DNA of 24,000 nucleotides from Methylocystis sp. (GTDB lineage Bacteria; Pseudomonadota; Alphaproteobacteria; Rhizobiales; Beijerinckiaceae): NCBI RefSeq assembly GCF_051061285.1, contig NZ_JBPFEA010000021.1, positions 9,863 to 33,862 of the forward strand, read 5' to 3'. Shown piece by piece: positions 8,141 to 15,043 of this stretch (position 1 is its first letter; each line of letters starts with the position of its first letter). The notes under the pieces were generated by a model. It saw only the letters and a program-made list of their open reading frames with translations, ran no database searches and was not told where the DNA came from. The position numbers and the translations under genes were made by a program.

Positions 8141-9087
8141 GCGTCTTGCCTGCGGCGTCGCCGCGATTGTTCGAGAACCACTTCCTCGAGTCGCGCCAAC
8201 ACGTCTCGCAGCCATAGGTCGTTTGAGAGGTCGGTCTTTGCTCGAGATTGGCACATGCGCTTGAAATGCTCGTATTCGACCTTCCAAGTCGGATCGTCCT
8301 GCACGAGCGTGACCGCCTGTTCCGGCGGGCGCCCCGACGGAAGAATTCGCCGTCGCATCGTAAAAGTCGACGGACCCCATTTGCACAGCGATTCAATGTG
8401 AGCGCTGCCGTTTTCTGCAAGGATATCGCAAGCGAAGTGATTGCGCCATGAGAGCAGCGTCATTTCGAGTTCGATGCGACATGCGCCGTCTTCATTGCCG
8501 ATAATGACGTGATCGGGCGACTTGTTCTCAAAGCAGTTGACGGCGACCAGTTTGAATCTCGCATCGATGTCGCCGAACCAGAAACGGCATGTGTCCAGAA
8601 GGTGCGAGCCAAGATCCGGTAGCACGCCGGCCCCGCTATCGCGCCATTCCGAATTTCGCACGAGGCGCGCCGTTCCATTGCCGTAGAACATGCGACAGGA
8701 ATAGATCCGCCCCAGTTCGCCCGACGCAATGAGGTCGCGCATGCGCACGAAATGCGGTTCGAAGCGATGATTATAGGCCGTGTAGCAAACGACGTTCGCG
8801 GCGCGCGCGAGGCGCCCGAGTTTGTCAATTTCTGAGGCCGTACGCGTCCATAGCGGCTTTTCGACCAGCGCGTGCTTTCCATTCGCCAGCAGGTATTCAA
8901 GAATTGCGAATTTCGGCTCATCGGGTATGCAGCACAGCGCCGCATCGAAGCTATCGAGCGGAACGTCTTTTATGTCTCGATAGTCTGCGGCGGCATTGTA
9001 GGGGTCGACGGTCGCGACGAAGTCTTCGCCGGCAAACGCACGCCTTTTATGTCCCTGGACCCCGAGGCCGACAACGATCACTCTCAT
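8137..9087 (-). CDS. Gfo/Idh/MocA-family NAD(P)-dependent oxidoreductase
   Basis: The protein begins MRVIVVGLGVQG (Rossmann) and carries the EKP motif in HALVEKPL. Start reset from 9306 to ATG 9085-9087, 4 nt after the upstream stop. The 5'-extended part of the ORF is Arg/Ser-rich read-through. Confidence 0.85.
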   Translation of the reverse strand: MRVIVVGLGVQGHKRRAFAGEDFVATVDPYNAAADYRDIKDVPLDSFDAALCCIPDEPKFAILEYLLANGKHALVEKPLWTRTASEIDKLGRLARAANVVCYTAYNHRFEPHFVRMRDLIASGELGRIYSCRMFYGNGTARLVRNSEWRDSGAGVLPDLGSHLLDTCRFWFGDIDARFKLVAVNCFENKSPDHVIIGNEDGACRIELEMTLLSWRNHFACDILAENGSAHIESLCKWGPSTFTMRRRILPSGRPPEQAVTLVQDDPTWKVEYEHFKRMCQSRAKTDLSNDLWLRDVLARLEEVVLEQSRRRRRQDA

Positions 9088-9091
9088 GGCG

Positions 9092-10645
9092 CTATACGTA
9101 ATTCGTTTGTTTTTCCACCGCATCCAGCTTTTCCAAAATTTGCTTGGGCGCGATGGGCGCGTTGCCGTCACATTCGCACTCGCAAGCGGCCGCGAGCAGA
9201 CCGACGATGGTTGCCTGCGTCGGATCCTTCGTGGCGAGCATGGCGAGCGTCGAATATGCGAGGAGCGCATCGCCGGCGCCGACGGGGTCGACGAGAGTCT
9301 CGACAAAGCTGTCGAGCACGAAAAAGCTATCCAGCGATTCGTGATCTGTGCTTTGGCAGACGAGCACCCCGCGCTGCCCGAGCTTAAGGATCAGCAATTT
9401 ACATTGCGCCTCATCGAATATCGCGGACGCCAGAGGTCGAATGCCTGAGTCCTGATCGCCCAGCGCAAATCGCGCCTCGCGCTCATTCGGCGTAATCAGA
9501 TCGAAACCGCGAAATTCAGTGATGTTTCCCCAACGGCTCGCGACCTGGCTGTCGGCGACGCGATACGCATTCGCCGGAATCGCCTCGATGAAATCGGGTA
9601 TCGTGCGGCGATTGAAGATACCGTGACGGAAATCGGCATAGATAACCGCATCAGCGCCGCTGTTGCGCACCGTATCGGTCATCTTGTTGCACATGGCGTC
9701 CGTAATTGAGTTGTTGTCGAGCGTGTCGACTTTCAAAAGGCGATAGCCGCCGACGACGATTGCGTTCTTGTTTACCGTGGGACGACCGCGCTCCGTCACG
9801 ACCGAGACATCGACGCCGGCCCGCTGAAGGTCGTTCAGAACAAATTCGGCGTAGGCGTCATCGCCCAACACGGTGCAAAAAGAGACGTTCGCTCCGGCGG
9901 CGCGGCAGTGCTTCGCGACGATCGCCGCTCCTCCTGCATAGTCCGTTTTCGACTCGAACAGAACGGACAAGGTCGGGGTCTTGGTCTGGCCTCCGATCAT
10001 GACGCAATTGGTGTAGCTGTCGACGATCGTGTCGCCGACCACATGAACGCGATAGTCGGAAAGCGCATTTATCGCGCGGCGCAGGTCTTCGAAGGAAATT
10101 CCCTTCCTCTCCATGATGATTTGGAGTTTTTCGAAGCGAAGCTTGGGAGCTTCGAGTTCAATGAGCTTCGAAGAGGAATAAACGATGTCGCCGGGCGTGA
10201 AGACGATCTCGCCGCCATAGGCGCGCACGGCTTCCGCTTCCTCCGCGGTCTTCGGACGCAACCCGGTTGTTGTGTATTCGTATCCTTTTGCGAAGAGGTC
10301 AGGCTGAATGAGTTTCAGATTGGCGAGCGGCGTCGCATTGACGTCCACGACCACATAGTCAACCATCTCGAGAGCGGCGAGATTGAGCGCGCGCAAGTCC
10401 TGCGGCACGTGCGGCCGATGAAGCCCCTTCGTGATGTGCGCGTCGGCCGTTATGCTCGTAATCAGAATATCTGCTTTGCTCTTGGCGTAAGCGAGATGCC
10501 GAATGTGGCCGGGATGAACCACATCGAAAACGCCGTGGCACATTATTGCGCGCTTTTCGCGCGGCATAGGACCGAGGATTGTGCGCAACTCTTCCGGCGT
10601 CTTGATTTTGCGGCCATAGAGTCGATTGAGTGAGCTATTGGGCAT
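9092..10645 (-). CDS. bifunctional sugar-1-phosphate nucleotidyltransferase (cytidylyltransferase-like, N-terminal) / PfkB-family sugar kinase (C-terminal); HldE-like with inverted domain order
   Basis: aa ~33-165 carry HGVFDVVHPGHIRHL (HxGH, codons 10505-10516), KGLHRP and EMVDYVVV. aa ~198-505 carry VVGDTIVDSY, GGAAIVAKH and DPVGAGDALLA (PfkB signature, 9269-9289). The ORF track uses TTG 10651; I prefer ATG 10643-10645. Confidence 0.85.
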   Translation of the reverse strand: MPNSSLNRLYGRKIKTPEELRTILGPMPREKRAIMCHGVFDVVHPGHIRHLAYAKSKADILITSITADAHITKGLHRPHVPQDLRALNLAALEMVDYVVVDVNATPLANLKLIQPDLFAKGYEYTTTGLRPKTAEEAEAVRAYGGEIVFTPGDIVYSSSKLIELEAPKLRFEKLQIIMERKGISFEDLRRAINALSDYRVHVVGDTIVDSYTNCVMIGGQTKTPTLSVLFESKTDYAGGAAIVAKHCRAAGANVSFCTVLGDDAYAEFVLNDLQRAGVDVSVVTERGRPTVNKNAIVVGGYRLLKVDTLDNNSITDAMCNKMTDTVRNSGADAVIYADFRHGIFNRRTIPDFIEAIPANAYRVADSQVASRWGNITEFRGFDLITPNEREARFALGDQDSGIRPLASAIFDEAQCKLLILKLGQRGVLVCQSTDHESLDSFFVLDSFVETLVDPVGAGDALLAYSTLAMLATKDPTQATIVGLLAAACECECDGNAPIAPKQILEKLDAVEKQTNYV

Positions 10646-10742
10646 GAGCAACTCTGAGAGAAAGCATCCTCGGTTGGAGTGAAGGCTTCGGTTGGGCCCC
10701 TACTCGTCGCGAGTCTTGTATCAAACTACTCCGCGTGCGGAC

Positions 10743-11753
10743 TCATATCCGAGCCGCGTCGCCTCCAAGAAATTCGAACCAGGTCTTCGTCGCCTTTGCG
10801 ATCGACTCGGGATCCCAAAGCGGAGCGTCCTTCCAATGATGTATCTGCTGCATCATCCTCGGCGCCCCCTCTTCAAACGGAACTTTCGGCCGCCAATTGA
10901 GAAGCGTAGAAATCTTCGTTATGTCCGCCCAGGTGCAATCGGGCTCGCCCGGCCGCTTAGGCACATAGACCACGTCGCCGCCGAGCAGGGACACGAGTTG
11001 ATTGATTGATTTCGGAGCGCCGGCGCCGACATTAAAGCGCTCGCCGACGATATCCGTTTCGGCGGCGGCAAGAAACGCTTCGGCTACGTCCGTTGCGTAA
11101 ATGAAGTCGCGTGATTGCGACCCGTCGCCGACCACAGTGTACGGCTTGCCCGCGAGTTTCTGGCGAAAGAAGACGCCAAAGACGGCGCCATATGCGCCCG
11201 TGGTGCGCACGCGCATGCCGTACGCGTTAAATATGCAAATCGAATTGACAGGGAGCCGGTAGACGTTTCCCCAGTGAAACACCGCTTGCTCGCCCTGATA
11301 TTTTGAGAGAGCGTAAGGATATTGCGGCGCGATCGGGTGATCCTCGCGCGTTGGCGTCGCGGCGAGGCCATAGCAGGATGAAGATGCCGCATAGACGAAT
11401 TTTTTCACCTTTGCGGCGCGCGCGCATTCGAGCGTACGGACCGTTCCCTGGACATTGATGTCCATGTAATCGATCGGGCGCTCGATTGACGGAACGATGT
11501 CGCCAATGCCTGCAAAATGAAAAACATAGCGGCAATCCGAGAAGATCGGATCACCGGGCGCCAGCGTGCGTATATCTCTCCAATGACAGGCGAGGTCCGA
11601 GTTCTGCGCATGATGCGCAAGATTCGCTTCGCGCCCGCCCGACAAGTCGTCGATCACGCGAACGCAAAATCCGCGATCCAGCAGCAGGTCGACCATATGG
11701 CTCCCGATGAAGCCCGCGCCGCCTGTCACCACAGCAATAGGTTTGTCGTTCAT
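10743..11753 (-). CDS. extended-SDR NDP-sugar epimerase/dehydratase (UDP-hexose 4-epimerase-like)
   Basis: Motifs VVTGGAGFIGSH, ASSSCYG and YALSK (YxxxK). Start reset from 12239 to ATG 11751-11753 (ATGA overlap with the upstream stop at 11750). 336 aa. Confidence 0.9.
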   Translation of the reverse strand: MNDKPIAVVTGGAGFIGSHMVDLLLDRGFCVRVIDDLSGGREANLAHHAQNSDLACHWRDIRTLAPGDPIFSDCRYVFHFAGIGDIVPSIERPIDYMDINVQGTVRTLECARAAKVKKFVYAASSSCYGLAATPTREDHPIAPQYPYALSKYQGEQAVFHWGNVYRLPVNSICIFNAYGMRVRTTGAYGAVFGVFFRQKLAGKPYTVVGDGSQSRDFIYATDVAEAFLAAAETDIVGERFNVGAGAPKSINQLVSLLGGDVVYVPKRPGEPDCTWADITKISTLLNWRPKVPFEEGAPRMMQQIHHWKDAPLWDPESIAKATKTWFEFLGGDAARI

Positions 11754-12763
11754 GCTGCTTTCAATCTTTGCAGCCGCTTGACGTTGAAATAGGAGTCGTC
11801 GTCGAAACTGTTCGGCAAGCGATTTTCTCGGAAGGCGACGCAGAGTTCGCGCACCGCGTCCTCGATCGTGCGCCGCGGCTGAAAGCCCAGCGCGCGCGCG
11901 ATCTTGTCCGAATTGATGTGATACGAGCGCAGATCGTCGCTCGGCGTCGTCACGATTTCGAGATCGCCTCGTTCGGGATATTCTTCGAGCACGACCTTGC
12001 GAACCAGTTCGGCGATTTGCATCAAAGAGAGATTTTGATATCCGACGTTGAAGATCTCGCCTTGGATCTTTTCCGCCGGCGCCTCCAGAAACATCTCCAG
12101 CGCGTCGACATAGTCCTGAATATGCAGGTTTGGTCGTAATTGTGAGCCGCCGAAAACCGTGATCCTGTTCTTGTTCACGGCGTGATTGGTGAGAATGTTT
12201 ACGGAGAGATCCAATCGCTGGCGCGGCGCGTAGCCGCACACGGTCGCCGGACGGAAGGTGACGCCCGTGAAACCGTCATCTATGTGTCTGTTGAGCAGCG
12301 GCTCGCACATTCCCTTGTATTTATTGTAAAGCGTCAGGGGCACGAGCGGATGGTCTTCCGTCACCTCGGGTTGGTCGGAGACGCCATAAACCGAAGATGA
12401 AGACGCATAGATGAAGCGCTTGACGCCCGCGTTTTTGGCCGTGAGCACCATTGGCTCGAAGGCCTCCAAATTCACCGAGGTCGAGAGCCGCTCATCGAGT
12501 TCGAAGCTGGCGTCATTGGAGATGCAGGCGAGGCTCAAGAAAGCATCGTGGCCAGCGACCGCAGCGGCGAGCTTCGCTCTGTCGCGTATGTCGCCCTGAA
12601 CCACTGTGAGGTTTGGGTCGTCTTTCGGCAGGAATTCGCAACCGAAATACATGACGTCATACACGGTCACCTTGTAACCAGAGCGAAGGAGCTGTGGAAC
12701 GAGGCGGCTCCCGCAATAGCCGGCCCCGCCTGTAACGAAAACTCGTTCGAACAGTCGCGTCAT
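11750..12763 (-). CDS. extended-SDR NDP-sugar epimerase/dehydratase
   Basis: Motifs VFVTGGAGYCGS, ASSSSVYG and YNKYK (YxxxK). Start reset from 13009 to ATG 12761-12763 (ATGA overlap with the transaldolase stop at 12760). 337 aa. Confidence 0.9.
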   Translation of the reverse strand: MTRLFERVFVTGGAGYCGSRLVPQLLRSGYKVTVYDVMYFGCEFLPKDDPNLTVVQGDIRDRAKLAAAVAGHDAFLSLACISNDASFELDERLSTSVNLEAFEPMVLTAKNAGVKRFIYASSSSVYGVSDQPEVTEDHPLVPLTLYNKYKGMCEPLLNRHIDDGFTGVTFRPATVCGYAPRQRLDLSVNILTNHAVNKNRITVFGGSQLRPNLHIQDYVDALEMFLEAPAEKIQGEIFNVGYQNLSLMQIAELVRKVVLEEYPERGDLEIVTTPSDDLRSYHINSDKIARALGFQPRRTIEDAVRELCVAFRENRLPNSFDDDSYFNVKRLQRLKAA

Positions 12764-13533
12764 CGAACATCCTCGCGTATGTCGTTTACGCCGCCGACGT
12801 CGGCGGTCGATTTTTGCTGCGCGACGTCGATGTCGAATCCCGAAGCCGTCGCGTCGCGATAGAACATTTGCACCGTCTCGAGAGAAAACTGCGTGAGATC
12901 CTTTCCAACCAACTCCAGCTTGGAAAGAATGCCGGGCGTGGCGGTGATGATATGGCAGCCCGCCTCCTGCGCGTGAAAAACGTTTAGCAACTCGCGCGGG
13001 CTCGCCCAAAGCAGCTCCGCTCGCGGGCGCGACGCAAGCGCCGCGCGGCAGGCCTTCATGTGAGGAACAGGATCAACGCCGGTGTCGGCGATTCTCCCGG
13101 CAAAGACCGAAATAATCGCCGGCGTTTCGGGCGCGAGCGCCGCGGCCACGTCGCGAACCTGCTCCACTGTCATGATCGCGGTGACGTTGAGCGTCACGCC
13201 TTCGCTAGACAGCGCGCTCAGAATAGGGCCGGTAAACTCGCCCTTCGTATTAACAACTGGAATCTTGACGTTGACGTTTGGGCCCCAACCGGCAATGACG
13301 CGCGCCTGGCGCGCCATCTCGGAGAGGTCGTCGGCGAATACTTCGAATGAGACGGGACGATCCGGAATCGCCGCGAGCACCTTGCGCGCGAATTTTTCGT
13401 AGTCGGCCACGCCGGCTTGGCGCATCAGCGTCGGATTCGTCGTGAAGCCGACGATCTTCGGATCGCGATACATGGAGATCATTTCTCCAAGATCGGCGCC
13501 GTCGGCAAAGAGTTTAATGAAAATTTTCGGCAT
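12760..13533 (-). CDS. transaldolase-family protein (short FSA/TalC-type)
   Basis: Motifs GFTTNPTL and ISVFAGRI, with the Schiff-base Lys in NVNVKIP (AAG codon at 13264-13266). ATG at 13531-13533 lies 9 nt after the gmhB-like stop. Confidence 0.9.
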   Translation of the reverse strand: MPKIFIKLFADGADLGEMISMYRDPKIVGFTTNPTLMRQAGVADYEKFARKVLAAIPDRPVSFEVFADDLSEMARQARVIAGWGPNVNVKIPVVNTKGEFTGPILSALSSEGVTLNVTAIMTVEQVRDVAAALAPETPAIISVFAGRIADTGVDPVPHMKACRAALASRPRAELLWASPRELLNVFHAQEAGCHIITATPGILSKLELVGKDLTQFSLETVQMFYRDATASGFDIDVAQQKSTADVGGVNDIREDVR

Positions 13534-13542
13534 GAGCGACTT

Positions 13543-14094
13543 TCAGCTGTGTTCTTGTGGCATTGATAATATCCAGTCGGCGGCCTCGGAAAGCGAGCCG
13601 ACAATTCTGTTCGGGCGTTCAGGAGGCTGTTCCGCCGTATAGCCGAGATCTATGAACACGGTGCGGCACCCGGCCGCAGCGCCGGCTTCTACGTCGCTCG
13701 CTCGATCGCCTACCATGAAGCTCTCCTTGAGATCGAGCCCGATTTCGCGCGCCGCTTCCAACAACATTCCAGGCCGCGGCTTGCGGCAGGCGCACGGGCT
13801 CACGTTCGTATGGCAGCAGATCTTTATCGCGTCCAGAGGCATTGCGTGGCGAAGTCGGAGGCTCATTTCATCGACGATCTCACGCGCAACTCGGCCCGCC
13901 CCCACATCTGGCTGGTTTGAAACGACGACGGTGAAGAAGCCTGCTTCCTTCAACCTCGTAACGCACCTCGGCGCGTCCGGATAAATGGCGAATTCCGCGA
14001 GAGTCGTCGGTGCGAAACTGCGGCCTTCGCGAAACTGCGGCACCACGAGAACGCCGTCACGATCCAAAAAAACGGCGCGTCGCGGCCCGAACAT
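13543..14094 (-). CDS. gmhB: HAD-superfamily D,D-heptose-1,7-bisphosphate-phosphatase-like enzyme
   Basis: HAD motif I VFLDRDGVL and motif II VVVSNQ. GmhB-type Zn loop plus Lys in CCHTNVSPCACRKPRPGM. Motif IV GDRASDVEAG. AGGAG RBS upstream of ATG 14092-14094. Confidence 0.9.
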   Translation of the reverse strand: MFGPRRAVFLDRDGVLVVPQFREGRSFAPTTLAEFAIYPDAPRCVTRLKEAGFFTVVVSNQPDVGAGRVAREIVDEMSLRLRHAMPLDAIKICCHTNVSPCACRKPRPGMLLEAAREIGLDLKESFMVGDRASDVEAGAAAGCRTVFIDLGYTAEQPPERPNRIVGSLSEAADWILSMPQEHS

Positions 14095-14103
14095 CCTTGG
14101 CTC

Positions 14104-14709
14104 CTACCACTTCGTCCCACGCGACTGAAGAGCTGGATGAGACACGAGGCAATGCCAGACGACTGCCTGAAACGCTTCGGAAAGCGGCGTCACGCGGCCG
14201 GCGTCGACCTGCGGAATCACGACCACCACGTCGCCATGGGCGCTGGCGTGGCCGTCGGCGCGACCCACGATCGCAAAAACGCGGGCGCCACGCTGCTTTG
14301 CAAGATCGATGGCCTTCACAAGATTGACGCTGACATTGCGAGCCGCGTTCCCGCCCCCAACTGAAAAGACGAGGATTGCGTCGCCGCTGGATAGCCGGCT
14401 GACCTCAAGCCATCCTGTGAAGATCGTATCCCATCCCTCATCATTGGCCCGAGCCGTCAGCTCCGAAACATTGTCCGTCGGCGCATAGGCTTCGATCCCG
14501 CACAATTTTCGAAAATCATTCGCCGCGTGACCACAATTTCCCGCGCTGCCCCCGACGCCCAATAAAAACAATCGTCCCTCGCGCTCACGCAATTGACTCA
14601 ACTCTTGAGCGAGCCGCTCGACCACGCGGGCGTCAAGAAGTCCTGCAACCTCTCGTACCTGCTCCATAAAATCGATGACATGCGACAGGGCGGCGCTCCC
14701 GTTTAACAA
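14104..14709 (-). CDS. gmhA: SIS-domain sugar-phosphate (sedoheptulose-7-P type) isomerase
   Basis: Motifs LLGVGGSAGNCGHAANDF, LTARANDEGWDTIF, VFSVGGGN and LSEAFQAVVWHC match the GmhA/LmbN-type SIS pattern. The ORF-track start is TTG 14707-14709. The first in-frame ATG is 14665-14667. Neither has a clear RBS, so the start is uncertain. Confidence 0.85.
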   Translation of the reverse strand: MLNGSAALSHVIDFMEQVREVAGLLDARVVERLAQELSQLREREGRLFLLGVGGSAGNCGHAANDFRKLCGIEAYAPTDNVSELTARANDEGWDTIFTGWLEVSRLSSGDAILVFSVGGGNAARNVSVNLVKAIDLAKQRGARVFAIVGRADGHASAHGDVVVVIPQVDAGRVTPLSEAFQAVVWHCLVSHPALQSRGTKW

Positions 14710-15043
14710 GCGAAAGCTGGTTAGAATATCGCCCTTTGAGAGTCAATCCAGGCGACGCGTCGAATCGGTAGCGTCTCAACTTCATTTTAGCCACGCAATC
14801 ACTTGCCGCAAGAGCAAGCCAGGGAAAGCCGACGCTCGAATGCGGCCTATGTCGAGCGGGTCAACCAGGTCATTGGCGACTTGGCGTCGCCGAAATGCTA
14901 ATCTGTCTTTCGCCCCGAAAATACAACATGCGTCCTATAAATGGGTGAGCTGAGATTTAATCCACAAATCGCGCTGGACTAGACGACGAAAGCCAACAAA
15001 ACGAGGCGCAGGGCGCACAAGAACGCGAGGCGGGCGAGCAAAG
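14710..15043. promoter_or_regulatory. divergent promoter region (sugar operon leftward, FAD-oxidoreductase gene rightward)
   Basis: 334-nt non-coding spacer between divergent genes. On the minus strand there is a weak sigma70-like candidate, TTGACT (14741-14746) - 15 nt - TCTAAC (14720-14725). A small hairpin ggcgac-ttggc-gtcgcc lies at about 14875-14891. These are assignments by eye only. Confidence 0.4.

Noticed and set aside
6824-9087. Alternative reading of the UGDH-like + Gfo/Idh/MocA pair as a WbpA/WbpB-type UDP-2,3-diacetamido-uronic acid pathway
   Set aside because: That pathway needs a catalytic Cys in the 6-dehydrogenase plus an aminotransferase and an N-acetyltransferase. The Cys position reads Asn here, and no PLP aminotransferase or acetyltransferase ORF is present in the window. 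It is not formally excluded without alignments.
3360-13009. N-terminal extensions of ORF-track entries: 3360-3476, 8141-8386, 9088-9306, 11754-12239 and 12764-13009
   Set aside because: The extended parts are Arg/Ser/Pro-rich, overlap the 3' ends of the well-supported upstream genes, and precede the Rossmann/domain starts. In each case an internal ATG gives an ATGA overlap or 4-nt spacing with the upstream stop and a family-typical protein length.
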